Assembly: GCA_965218585.1 (NCBI GenBank)
Contig: CBDCLE010000023.1
Coordinates: 6,460-70,459 of the forward strand
From: Terriglobia bacterium
GTDB lineage: Bacteria > Acidobacteriota > Terriglobia > 20CM-2-55-15
DNA length: 64,000 nt
Reading direction: 5' to 3'
Within the stretch, counting starts at the first letter, position 1, and each line of letters begins with the position of its first letter. Below the pieces are notes generated by a model. The model ran no database searches. It saw only the letters and a program-made list of their open reading frames with translations, and was not told the origin of the DNA. The position numbers and the translations under genes are program-made. Below are positions 27,427-38,371 of the stretch, in pieces.

Positions 27427-27510
27427 CGCTGCACTCCTCCAGTTACGTTTGTCCCGAGCCTGGCACTGGCTATCCGGGGACGAGACGGCTAACATATTTC
27501 TCCGAACACC

Positions 27511-30500
27511 ATGACACTTTCGGAAAAAGCCTTCAACATGATTTCAGGGTTTGCCCTGACACTGGCCCTGACGCTGTCTCTGGCGGGCCCTCTCGAGGCA
27601 CAATCCTACCGCGCGTCGATCCGCGGAGTCGTCGTCGACCCTTCAGGCGCCAGCGTTCCGGGGGCACAGCTTGAGGTCACCAATGAAGTCACCGGAGACA
27701 GGCGCATCACACTGGCCCGCACCGACGGAAGCTTTGCCATATCTACGCTTCCGCCCGGCACCTACGTAATCGAAGCGGAACTTGACGGGTACCAACGGTA
27801 CGTGTACCGCACCGAGTTACAGGTTGGCCAGCAGTTGCGGCTCGACGTGGGTCTCACACTGGGTAACGTCACTGAAGCAATCGAAGTGAGGGCACCCGCC
27901 GTGGTCATCGATTCTCAGTCGGCCGCACTCGGCACCGTAATAGGCGGTGAGCAGCTCGCGGGGCTTCCCCTGGACGGCCGCAATTTTCTGGAATTATCCC
28001 TGCTCGCACCCGGGGCCGCACCGGCGCCTGAAGGCTCCGCCAGTTCTCTGAGAGGTGACTTTTCCTTCACTGTCAATGGTGCCCGCGAAGATGCGCACAG
28101 CTTCATGCTCGACGGTGTGTATAACGTCGACCCCAAACTGAACACCCCCGGTGTGCGACCACCGGTGGACGCGATCCAGGAGTTTGAAGTTCTGACCGGA
28201 ACCTACGATGCGTCGTTTGGACGCAATGCAGCGGGTCAGGTGAACGTCGTCACCCGGTCAGGTGGAAACGATTTTCACGGAACCGCTTACGGTTTCTTCC
28301 GAACCCGCTCTCTGAATTCACGGAATTTCTTTGCCCCCCGCAACGAAGAGGAACCCGCTTACAGCCGGGGTCAATACGGTGGATCGATCGGCGGACCCAT
28401 CGTCACCAACCGTACGTTTTCTTCGCCGACTACGAACACACCCGGCTTCGGGAGGGCATCACACGGGTGACCAACGTACCGACACTGGCCGAACGAAGCG
28501 GCGACTTTTCCGAAAGCCTGCTCAACGCCCCCTTCAACCCGTTCAGTGGGCAGCCGTTTTCCGGCAGAAGAATCCCCGACTTTTTCATTCATCCGGTCGG
28601 ACAGGCAATAGCAAACCTGTATCCGGAACCCAACCGCGCCACACCGTTCGCAAACTACGTGTCTTCGCCGACGCTCACCGACGAGATCGACCATTTCGAC
28701 GTGAGGATCGATCACAACTTCGCCCAGGGGCTCGCGGTTGATGACTCGATACAGCCTTCAACGATCGGCGCTTTTTCGAGCCGTTTGCTTCTGCGGTCAG
28801 TGTGCCGGGATACGGCACCGATGTGCCCAGCACGCGGACAGAACCTGGTCATAGGGTTTACCCAGCCTCTCGGCGGAAAACACCATTCATGATTTTCGCG
28901 TCGGATACACGCCGGTCTCGATCGCGGTCCTTCACCAGAACCGGGGCCAAAGCGTCAACCAGGACGTGGGCCCTGCCCGACCTGTCGTCGAAACCGCCGC
29001 GACTTCGGACTGAGTCAGATCACCGTGACAGGCTTCTCTCCCCTGGGCGACGAGTTCACGTCTCCACAAGAGAGTGCGACTGATATGTGGCAGGTGATGG
29101 ACACGGTGACCTGGACACGTGGTTCGCACATGGTTGCGACCGGCTTCGATTTTCGGCATGTCGGGCAGGAGGCTTTTCGCGATGTCCCAGTCTCGCGGTT
29201 TCCTGAACTTCTCGGACCGGTACATAACCGGAAATGCGCTGGCCGACCTTCTGCTCGGTTTTCCTCTTGTGACGGGAGGGGCGATTTCCGACAATCCCCA
29301 ACGCCTGCGCTCTTCTGCGTGGAGCGCCTTCGTGCAGGACAGTTGGAGAGTGCGACCCGATCTGACGCTGACAGCCGGCCTCCGCTACGAATACGTCGCA
29401 CCAGGAGTCGATGCCGACGATCGGGCGAACCTATATGACCCGGCGACCGGTGGGTTCGTGCAGGTGGGCACGGGCAGCATGCCCCGAGGTGGTTACAGAC
29501 CGGACCGCAACAACTGGGGCCCGCGAATCGGATTGGCGTGGACCCCGGACGCGGACAGGCAGACCGTCATCCGCGGGGGGTACGGTGTCTATTACAACCA
29601 GGGTGCTCTGGCCACAGGCGAAGGCCTCTACTTCAACGCTCCCTATTTCGATTTGAAACTCTTCGTCCCTGCTCCAGGCATTCCACCGGTGACACTCCAG
29701 GATCCCTTTCCCGACTCCTACCCCATCGCGCTTCCGGTTTCGGCCACGGCGTATCAGGGCGACCTCCAGACCGGCCGAATCGAGCACTGGAGCTTCGGTG
29801 TACAGCGCCAACTGGGGGATACCCGAACCATCGAGGTGGCGTACGTAGGATCGCGAGGTCGCAATCTGATCGCCGCAAAAGACATCAACCAGCCCGCTCC
29901 AAGCACCGCCCCGCGGAATCTCAGACCGAACCCCCTGTTCGATGACATCACGCTGATCGAGTCCCGCGGAAAGTCCGACTACAACGCGCTTCAGATCAAG
30001 TTCCGGCAGCGCTTCGACCGGGGCTTGTCCGTCCTGACGGCATACACGTTGGGTGAATCCAACGATGATGCCTCCGGTTTTTTTGCCAGTTCGGGCGACC
30101 CCAATTTCCCGCAGGACAGCCGGAACCCTGGCCTTGAATACGGACGTTCGAGTTTTGACGTACGGCACCGGTTCTCAACGAGTTTTGCCTGGGAGATGCC
30201 GTTTGGAGAGGGTCAGAGATGGCTGGGGAATAACGGCACGCTTTCGACGATCCTGTCCGACTGGGAACTGCAGGGCATCGTAACCCTCCAGAGTGGCCGC
30301 CCGTTTACGGTAGCCCTGCTGCCCGAATTCGACAACAGCAACACCGGGCGTTCCACACTGGGATTCGGTGCGAATGACCGGCCCGATCTCGTCGGTAACG
30401 CGGTCCTCGCGAACCCATCGCCCGAGCGATGGTTCGACACGACGGCTTTCGCCGTACCCAACTTTGGGAGTTTTGGCGACGCGGGAAGGAACATCCTCAC

Positions 30501-30714
30501 CGGGCCCGATTTTCAGAACGTGAATCTGGCGCTTTCGAAAGAAGTGTCGCTAAACGAGGACGTCACTCTCGAGCTTCGCGCGGAAACGTTCAACCTCTTC
30601 AATCGAACAAACTTCAACCTGCCGGATGCCTTCGTCGGCTCACCGACATTTGGTCAGATCGTATCGGCCCAGAGCCCGCGAAGGTGCCAGTTCGGCGTCA
30701 AGTTGATCTTCTGA
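27511..30714 (+). pseudogene. TonB-dependent receptor-like outer-membrane protein with an N-terminal carboxypeptidase-regulatory-like domain; about 8 frame changes between 28417 and 29190
   Basis: N-terminus IRGVVVDPSGASVPGAQLEVTNEVTGDRR..DGSFAISTLPPGTYVIEAELDGY. The C-terminus ends in the OMP-type signature ..QFGVKLIF. The reading frame hops through 1>0>1>2>0>1>2>0>1. Examples: T4 where T5 is needed at 28417-28420, and an extra C in the run at 29186-29188. Confidence 0.8.
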
Positions 30715-30788
30715 GAAACAATTCGGTCAGATCGTATCGGCCCAGAGCCCGCGAAGGTGCCAGTTCGGCCGTCAAGTTCATCTTTTGA
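30646..30788 (+). repeat. Tandem duplication (period about 73 bp) of the last ~21 codons plus stop of the receptor gene
   Basis: 30652-30714 and 30725-30788 are near-identical (GGTCAGATCGTATCGGCCCAGAGCCCGCGAAGGTGCCAGTTCGGC(C)GTCAAGTT(G/C)ATCTT(C/T)TGA). Copy 2 carries one extra C. Confidence 0.9.
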
Positions 30789-30969
30789 AACGGAATTCGG
30801 AGATGCGGGGAGTCGGCTTTAAGTTTGATCCCCGTATCGGTCTCCTGTAACCTGTAGGCGATTTTTCCTAACACAGGTCAAGAGACGGTTGCTGGCATTA
30901 CGCCGAATTGAAAGACTGTGGTTCTTCTCGCCTGTGTACGTGCTCATAGGCGTCGAAAAGGGGGTAGAA

Positions 30970-33024
30970 ATGAAACGGACGAACGGTTTTGTGGCCCGAT
31001 GGGTTGGGCTCGTAGCTTTGACTGTCGCTGCCGGCGGGTTCCTGGTAGCTTCGGAGGCGAGTGCCCAGGATCAGAGGCTGTCGCTGGAAAACTACCTGGA
31101 CATGGAGTCCGTCTCTAACCCTCAGATCTCACCTGACGGTTCGCGGATCATCTACACGCGCCGGTGGGTGGACAACGTGAACGACCGCAACCAATCGTCG
31201 CTCTGGATCATGAACAGCGATGGTAGCCGGAACCGGCATCTCCTGGAGGGAAGCGGGGCGCGGTGGTCTCCAGACGGTACCCGAATCCTGTTCACGAAAC
31301 AAGGAGATCCGAGCGGTTCTCAGGTCTTCGTCCGTTGGATGGACGATGAAAGAGCTGTGAGCCAGATCACTCGCCTGGAGAACGGACCCTCGAACGCACG
31401 CTGGTCGCCGGATGGTGAATCGATCGCCTTTACGAGCCGCGTCGACGAACGCGGAGACTTTGTGAACGTTCAGCTACCATCCCGCCCCGATGGTGCCAGT
31501 TGGACGGGCCCGCCGAAGGTGGTCGAGCGCCTTCGCTACAAACGCGACCGCCAGGGTTACATCGATACGGGTTGGACGCACATCTTCGTGGTGCCGGCCG
31601 AGGGCGGGACTCCACGCCAGCTCACCGACGGCAATTGGAACCACAACGGCGTCGCCTGGAGCCAGGACAGTTCTCGAATCTACTTCACTTCATACCGCAC
31701 CGAAGACTGGGACCGCCCCGACAACGAAGGGGAATCGGATATCTACTCTGTGAACGTCGCGACGGAGGAAATTTCCCAACTGACCAATAAGCGCGGTCCC
31801 GACAGCGGGCCGGTACCCTCTCCCGACGGAGAGCTCGTCGCCTACAGAGCGGGAGACGAACACGAAGACTTCTACCGTAACCAGCGCATTTACGTAATGA
31901 ACCCGGACGGATCGGGCTCACGGCTGATTTCGGGCGACTACGACCGCCAGTCCGGTAATCTACAGTGGGCTTCCAACAGCAGCGGGCTCTACTTCAGTGT
32001 TTCGCGCGAGGGTTACCGCAGCCTCCACTTCGTGTCGGTAGACGGCGGCGTCACCGAACTCACCGAGGGCGAACAGCTTCTCTCGCTTTCGTCCTTCTCC
32101 GAAAACGGTATGGCGGTCGGAACGATCTCGAGCGCGTACGAGCCGGGCGACATCTACAGCTTCTCCCTTTCGAATCCCGACGATGTCACGCGCCTCACCG
32201 AGGTTAACGCTGATGTACTGCATGGGATCACACTCGGCGAAGTTGAGGAAATCTGGTACGATTCCGATCCTTTCGAGGTCCAGGGATGGCTTGTGAAGCC
32301 TCCCGACTTCGATCCGTCACGGGAGTATCCACTGATGCTCGCTATCCACGGTGGGCCCGCCGCCATGTATAACGGAGGGTTCAATTTCGCTTTTCAGGAA
32401 CACGCGGCAAACGACTACGTCGTGCTGTATACAAACCCGCGGGGAAGCACAGGGTATGGCACGGAGTTCGCTAACGCAATCGCCTACGATTACCCGGGCA
32501 TCGACATGCAGGATCTGATGAGAGGCGTCGACGAGGCAGTCGATACGGGCTACGTAGACGAGGACAACCTCTTCCTCTACGGTTGTTCGGGGGGCGGAAT
32601 CCTCACGACTTACATCGTCGGCAACACGGACCGTTTCACTGCGGCGTCGGCGCACTGTGCAATCGTGAACTGGATGTCCGCCATGGGAACCTCGGACATC
32701 GGCGGTTACATACGCCGGTTCGAACAGCCCTTCTGGGAAGATCCGACGGAGTGGATCGATCGCTCCTCGATCTTTTACGTAGGAAACGTCACGACCCCAA
32801 CGATGCTCATGACGGGTGAGAATGACCTTCGCACGCCCATCGGTCAGGCCGAGGAGTTCTATCAGGCACTCCAGCACCTTGACGTTCCTACGGTCATGGT
32901 TCGATTCAAGGACGAATGGCACGGCACCACGTCGCGTCCGTCCAACTTCATGAGAACACAGCTGTACGTGAGGAAATGGTTTGAGCAGTGGGGCACCCAC
33001 GAACCGCTGGGAACCACTCAGTAA
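30970..33024 (+). CDS. S9 family serine peptidase (prolyl oligopeptidase/acylaminoacyl-peptidase type) with an N-terminal TolB-like propeller
   Basis: Start taken at MKRTNGFVARWVGLVALTVAAGG. PD40-like repeats (SPDGSRIIY, SPDGTRILF, SPDGESIAF). Nucleophile motif LYGCSGGG, then GENDLRTP and EWHG. This is the only intact gene within the decayed patch. Confidence 0.8.
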   Translation: MKRTNGFVARWVGLVALTVAAGGFLVASEASAQDQRLSLENYLDMESVSNPQISPDGSRIIYTRRWVDNVNDRNQSSLWIMNSDGSRNRHLLEGSGARWSPDGTRILFTKQGDPSGSQVFVRWMDDERAVSQITRLENGPSNARWSPDGESIAFTSRVDERGDFVNVQLPSRPDGASWTGPPKVVERLRYKRDRQGYIDTGWTHIFVVPAEGGTPRQLTDGNWNHNGVAWSQDSSRIYFTSYRTEDWDRPDNEGESDIYSVNVATEEISQLTNKRGPDSGPVPSPDGELVAYRAGDEHEDFYRNQRIYVMNPDGSGSRLISGDYDRQSGNLQWASNSSGLYFSVSREGYRSLHFVSVDGGVTELTEGEQLLSLSSFSENGMAVGTISSAYEPGDIYSFSLSNPDDVTRLTEVNADVLHGITLGEVEEIWYDSDPFEVQGWLVKPPDFDPSREYPLMLAIHGGPAAMYNGGFNFAFQEHAANDYVVLYTNPRGSTGYGTEFANAIAYDYPGIDMQDLMRGVDEAVDTGYVDEDNLFLYGCSGGGILTTYIVGNTDRFTAASAHCAIVNWMSAMGTSDIGGYIRRFEQPFWEDPTEWIDRSSIFYVGNVTTPTMLMTGENDLRTPIGQAEEFYQALQHLDVPTVMVRFKDEWHGTTSRPSNFMRTQLYVRKWFEQWGTHEPLGTTQ

Positions 33025-33086
33025 CAACTCGAGATCTGTTTGGAGACCGACGGGAATCGTAGTATTCGTCCTCAAAGGAGCTCTAG

Positions 33087-34994
33087 ATGAGAGGTAAATT
33101 GCGTGTTTCCCTGTCGGTGCTGACACTTGTCGGTTTCGCCGTCTTGCTGGCGGGAATTTTCGTCGAGGCCCGGCAGGTGCCCATCCAGGACCAACAACCT
33201 GCGGGATCCGCGCTTCGGCCTGCTGTGATGGGTCCGTCGGGCGGAGTGTCCACTGGGCACCTGCTGACGACGGCGGCGGCTTTCGGCATCCTCCTCGATG
33301 GTGGAAACGCCTTTGATGCAGGTGTCACGGCCTTGCTTGCCGCGGGGTGCTCGAACAGGATCTTTACAGTCTCGGGGGCGAGGCGTTGGTCCTGGTTTAC
33401 CCCACCAGCGAAGACAAAGTCACTTCAGTCGTCGGCCAGGGTTGGGCGCCTGGCGCCGTGGACGTGGATTGGTACCAGTCGAGAAACAAGACTCTCCAGG
33501 GGGAAGGACTCGATCCGGCTGTCGTTCCGGGCGCTGTTCACGCCGCCCTCACGGTGCTGGAGCGTTGGGGAACGATGAGCTTCGAAGAGGTCGCTCGACC
33601 AGCGATCGAGTATGCCGAAGAGGGTTTTCCGCTACGGCCGAGCACCGCGCGGGCTATTGGGAACCAGCTCACGTTCTTCGAGAGCTGGCCGGACAACCGG
33701 GAGTACTGGTTCAAACCCGACGGGTCCCTGTACGAGGCCGGTGAAACGATCCAGCTGCCGACTCTGGCCAGGACACTCAATAGAATGGTTGAGGCCGAGC
33801 GCGGAGCGAAATCGGCAGGACGCGCCGCCGGAATCGCAGCCGCTCGCGATCTCTTCTACAAGGGTGACATCGCTCGCGAGATGGTAGCGTTCCTCGAGGA
33901 TAACGGTGCCCCGTTCACGTACGCGGATTTCGCCGAATTCTTGCAAGAATCGAGGAACCGGCAAAAACGACCTATCGTGAATACACCGTCTACAAACACG
34001 GTTTTGGCAGTCAGGGTCCCGCTCTTCTTCAGGCGCTGAACATCCTCGAAAATTTCGACCTGAAAGCGATGGGATATGCCAGCGCAGATTACCTTCATAC
34101 AGTGGTCGAGGCGATGAAGCTGGCCTACGCAGATCGGGACACCTACTACGGGGATCCTGAATTCGTGGCGGTACCGGGAGAGGGGTTGCTGTCGAAAGAC
34201 TACGCCCGGGAACGGGCACAGCTCATCGATCCACGGCTCGCTTCCCGTTCTTTTGTCGCCGGTGATCCGCTGCCCTACGACACGAACGTCGATGAGTGGA
34301 ACTACTGGAGGGCCGAAATCGAGAATGCCTCTGCAGATAGCGCCGCTCTCTCCGGGGACGCGATGGCATCGCTCGGGCAAGATTCCGCCGGGGTCATGAA
34401 AGACACGACGCACATGGCGATCATCGACAAGGACGGGAACATCTTCGACTCGACGCCGAGCGGCGGCTGGATCGGCGGCGCAGTGATCCTCGGGGACACA
34501 GGTATCGGCATGAGCGTACGCGGTGAGCAGTTCTGGCTGGACAGTACCCGGGCAAACCAGATTCGCCCCCGGGCGCGGCCGCGATACACGCTAACGCCAA
34601 CTCTGGTTTTCAGGAATGACGAACCATGATGGCTCTGGGGACTCCGGGAGGCGACAATCAGGAGCAGACAATACTGCAGGCTTTTCTCAGCATTGTAGAG
34701 TTCTGGGATCACTGGTATCCGAATCTGCATGCCGCACTCGAGCGGCCGCGAGCGCAGACCCAGCATCTCTACGGTTCGTTCTGGCCACACTCCCCCGGCT
34801 TCAACAGGCTGAGAGTCGAGATCCCGATTCCAGATGCGGTTTACAACGAATTGTAATCCCGGGGACACGAGGTGAGCCGATTGCGTTCTTTCGGAATGTC
34901 CGGATGCGCCACGGCAGTGATGATCGATCCGCTCACCGAGAATCGACTCGCGGGCGCCGACCCGCGCCGTGACTGTTACGCAATCGCGTACTAG
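33087..34994 (+). pseudogene. ggt: Gamma-glutamyltransferase with 3 frameshifts and one in-frame TAA
   Basis: The pieces are 33087-33578, 33347-34039, 34069-34629 and 34626-34856, and the gene continues in the same frame to 34994. Catalytic-Thr region GVMKDTTHMAIIDKDGN. Canonical C-terminus GADPRRDCYAIAY. Frameshifts lie at the G-run 33344-33347, about 33940 and about 34623. The TAA is at 34854-34856. Confidence 0.8.
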
Positions 34995-34995
34995 C

Positions 34996-36345
34996 CTAGA
35001 GCACGAACACCAGGACCATGCCTGCCGGCACGACGAATCGGACCAGGAACTTCCAGAGCCGGTACAAGGGGGTCCGCACACCGTATTCTTCGCTCCGCAT
35101 CTTTTCGCTGATCCGCCAACCCGCAAAGGCGAGACCAGGAACGCCCCGATGGGCAGGAACACACCTGTAACGGCGAAATCCAGCGAGTCGAAGATATTCA
35201 TGTCTTCGAACCGGGCGAGAATTGCCAGCGGCCTTACCTCAGACCAGACATTGAACGAGAACACGGTCGCCAGCCCGATGAACCACGCCACAAAGCCGGC
35301 AAGCACGGCGCCCCATTTTCTGGGAACGCCCCGGGTATCCTCTAGCCAGGCGACGACCGGTTCGAACATTGAAAGTGCCGATGTCAACGTCGCCATCAGC
35401 ATCAACAGGAAGAACATCAACCCGAAAACGATACCGCCCGGCATCTGACCAAACGCAATAGGCAGGGTGACGAATATCAGGCCCGGGCCTTCACCGGGCG
35501 TGAGTCCGTAGGCGAACACCAGTGGGAAAATCACCAGTCCCGCGACGATAGCGGCCGCGGTATCGGCCAGGGCGATCACGGCTCCCGAACGCGGAATAGA
35601 CGCCTCGTCGCTCAGGTAGGCGCCGTAGACGATCATGCCGGCGCCACCGACGCTCAGAGTCAGCAGGGCCTGCCCCAGTGCGATTAAAGTCGTCGAGCCA
35701 TCAATCCTGCCGAAGTCGGGAGTGAACAGGAACGAGAGGGCCTGGGCAGCGTCGCCCACGATCAGTGAGTAGACGGTCAGGACCAGTATCAGGACGAACA
35801 GGCCCGGCATCATGATCTTGATGGCCCGTTCGATGCCGCGCCGTATGCCGCGGCCGACTATGAAGAGCGTAAAGACCATGAAGAGTCCGTGCCAAAGGGC
35901 AAGTCTCAATGGATTGGCAGTGAGGCCACCGAACAAGGACACGGACGAATCGGCGTCCAGCCCGGAAAACGCTCCGGAAACGGATTTGAAGGAGGTAATC
36001 GAAGGTCCAACTGGCCACGACGCTGAAGTAAGACAGCAACAGGAACGCAGAGATCACCAGCATCCATCCCAGATATATCCATGCCTTGCTGAAGCCTTCC
36101 TGCTGGGCGACCTTTTCGAAACACCGGATAGGGCTGAGTTTGCCGCGCCGCCCGATCATGATCGTTGCGATCAGGGCGGGAAGTCCCACACCGAGGACGA
36201 AGCAGAGATAGAGAATGACGAACGCCCCTCCGCCGTTCGCACCCGCGACATAGGGGAATCGCCAGATGTTGCCGAGCCCAACCGCGCTTCCCAACGCGGC
36301 TAGGATGAAGGTCGCCTCCGAGGACCACTGTTCACGATCGCTCAT
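34996..36345 (-). pseudogene. Neurotransmitter:sodium symporter (NSS/SNF) family transporter with 2 frameshifts
   Basis: N-terminal signature GSAVGLGNIWRFPYVAGANGGGAF. The frame changes near 35990 and near 35135. The C-terminus is recovered as GLAFAGWRISEKMRSEEYGVRTPLYRLWKFLVRFVVPAGMVLVFVL-stop. Its ATG overlaps the upstream stop codon (ATGA). Confidence 0.75.
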
Positions 36346-37329
36346 AAGGCAAATATCCGTTCGGCGTTTGCACTGCGGACTACGTCCCGCGTTGCCGGAT
36401 CCAGTTTGTCCACACGTGACAGGCATCCGGGCATGTCGCCGATGTTGAAGGGATAGTCCGAGCCATACATCACGTGATCGGCGCCCCCGACTTCAACGCA
36501 TAACTCGAGCGACTCCTGTCGATACGTGACAGCGTCGTAGTAGATGTGCCGCAGATACTCACTCGGGGGTCGATCGATCTTGACGCGCGCTCGCTTTGTT
36601 CTGTCGAAGACGCGTTCGAGGCGTCCCGCCAGGTAAGGTAGTGTCGCGCCGGCGTGAGCTGCGATCAGTTTCAGATTGGGATAGCGGTCGAAGAAACCGT
36701 CAAAAATCATGCGGGTTACGGCGACAGTCGTATCGACCATGAAACCGACCGAAGCCACCATCGCGAAATGCGACAGGCTGAGTCCATCGAGACCCGGAGG
36801 CGCCGTGGGATGGAGCAGGACCGGCAGGGCTCTGTCGTCGATCGCCTGCCATACAGGCGCAAACAACTCATCGGTCAGGTGTCTGTTGTTGATGTTTCCC
36901 AACGTCAGGACGCCCACGGCTCCGTTGTCGCATGCTCTGGCCAACTCTCCCACAGCAGAGGCGGGATGTTCCCAGGGCAGACTGGCCATCCACCCGGATC
37001 CTTTCAGGATAGTTGCTCTGTTCTTGGGCGAACTCGTCATTCGCCGCGCGGGCAGCTTCGAGACTCTGCTCCCCGTTGCCCCAGAAGACACTCGGTGCGG
37101 GCAGCGTCAGGATCGCAATATCGACACCAGCCGCGTCCATATTTTTGATGCGCTCTTCGTAATCGAAATGCGGTGGTTCCAGGACACAGAAGCTCGCACC
37201 CCGGTTGAAGATTGTCTCGGGACTGTCGAGGCTCTCCCTGACTTCCAGGTCCGGCCCCCCATGTTGACGCAAAAGGGCCAACCACTTCTTCGTGAACATG
37301 TGAGTGTGGACATCTATAACCCGATGCAT
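36342..37329 (-). pseudogene. Amidohydrolase_2 (ACMSD-like metal-dependent hydrolase/decarboxylase) family gene with 1 frameshift
   Basis: N-terminus MHRVIDVHTHMF. C-terminal part ..LLHPTAPPG..AHAGATLPYL..MYGSDYPF. One extra G in the run at 36993-36995 separates ..NYPERIR from WMASLPWEHP. Confidence 0.7.
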
Positions 37330-37429
37330 AGCATTCCCTCTGAGTCGTGACCTAGGACCCACGCATAGTAAAACAGAATTCGTGGACGGAGACCGAATTC
37401 TCTCTTCAAACTCGTTAGAATCAAAGCGC

Positions 37430-37471
37430 GGCCCTTTAGCTCAGGTGGATAGAGCAGCGGTTTAACTGCTG
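37430..37471 (+). other. tRNA-derived 5' fragment (acceptor 5' strand plus D-arm), not a functional tRNA
   Basis: GGCCCTT-TA-GCTC-AGGTGGATA-GAGC is a textbook acceptor/D-arm, but no in-register anticodon stem or T-arm (GGTTCGAATCC-like) follows. A weaker echo, CTCTTTAGCTAGGACATAGCC, lies at 37533-37553. Confidence 0.5.
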
Positions 37472-37609
37472 CAACTCTCCTAAAGATTCTCCGAAACAGA
37501 GCCTCAACAGGGCCTATGAAGGAGCGCCCATCCTCTTTAGCTAGGACATAGCCCAGGCGATTCTTCTACTCTTCTTGACAAAATTCCGTCTATTTTGTAC
37601 AATTTGTTC

Positions 37610-37870
37610 ATGTCGTACACAGTACGCATCGACCGGGCAGCGGAAAAGGAAATCAGAAATCTGGACACTAAGATTCGGAAACGGATTCTGGCTGCGCTGC
37701 ACGACCTAGAAGCGGACCCGTTTAGAAGGGGCGTTAAAAAGTTGAAGGACGCAAGCGATCCCTACCGCTATCGGGTTGGTTCTTATCGCATTCTCTTCAC
37801 AATTAAAGGGAAACAACTGGTCGTTCGGGTTGTTGGGGTCCGGCACCGCAGCAAAGCCTACCACGGCTGA
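37610..37870 (+). CDS. RelE/ParE-family type II toxin
   Basis: Start taken at MSYTVRIDRAAEKEIRNLD. Other motifs: ..DPFRRGVKKLKD....YRYRVGSYRILFTI....LVVRVVGVRHRS. The local GC is lower than the surroundings by eye. Confidence 0.75.
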   Translation: MSYTVRIDRAAEKEIRNLDTKIRKRILAALHDLEADPFRRGVKKLKDASDPYRYRVGSYRILFTIKGKQLVVRVVGVRHRSKAYHG

Positions 37871-37924
37871 AGCTGTGCGGTGCATGACTCCCGGTGCTGG
37901 TGTGGCGGTTAAAGGAGAATCAAT

Positions 37925-38194
37925 ATGGCTGCATCCAACCAACCTACAAGGATTAGTACATCCACGGCTCGTGGAAAACTGGCACTGGTCTTGGACATGG
38001 TTCGAACTGAAGATGAACGAATTGTCCTGACTCATCACGGGCGCGACGTTGCCGCGCTTATACCCGTAGAAGATCTCGAACTACTGGAAGAATTGGAAGA
38101 TCGATCAGATGCGGCAGAGATCCGCCGACGCCTGAAGATTTCCAGCGAAACAATCACACTGAAACAGCTAGAGCGGAGCTTGACGCCGAAATAG
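37925..38194 (+). CDS. Phd/YefM-family antitoxin
   Basis: 89-aa ORF with AAAGGAG upstream. Pattern ISTSTARGKLALVLDMVRTEDERIVLTHHGRDVAALIPVEDLELLEELED. Confidence 0.7.
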   Translation: MAASNQPTRISTSTARGKLALVLDMVRTEDERIVLTHHGRDVAALIPVEDLELLEELEDRSDAAEIRRRLKISSETITLKQLERSLTPK

Positions 38195-38371
38195 AGAAAA
38201 GCCGAAAAAATAGCAGCAAAATGAAAAGGACGACGGGAGGGGACTTACATACTCCCCCAGCTTGCCGACACTCTAAATCACCACCAATATAGCGATTAGT
38301 GTATTAATATGTGCTGATAATCCGATTCCTTTCATGGCGACGAATCAGAAAACGAAATAATCAGCGCTGAG

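Noticed and set aside
21117-27495. PQQ-like propellers as PQQ-dependent dehydrogenases
   Set aside because: Only the generic BamB-like blade repeat is visible. No quinoprotein active-site features or pqq biosynthesis genes were recognised, so the enzymatic call is not supported.
30646-30788. Direct repeats considered as a possible CRISPR array (also 61567-61608 and the IS subterminal repeats)
   Set aside because: There are only two units each with no spacer architecture. They are tandem duplications of coding sequence, or transposase-binding repeats. No cas genes are present in the window.
37455-37471. Hairpin CAGCG-GTTTAAC-TGCTG inside the tRNA-like fragment. Its 7-nt loop would present a UUA anticodon (ochre suppressor), which is tempting given the in-frame TAA in ggt.
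   Set aside because: The stem overlaps the D-stem register. No T-arm or properly paired 3' acceptor strand exists, so no cloverleaf can form. The other in-frame stop in the window is TAG, not TAA.
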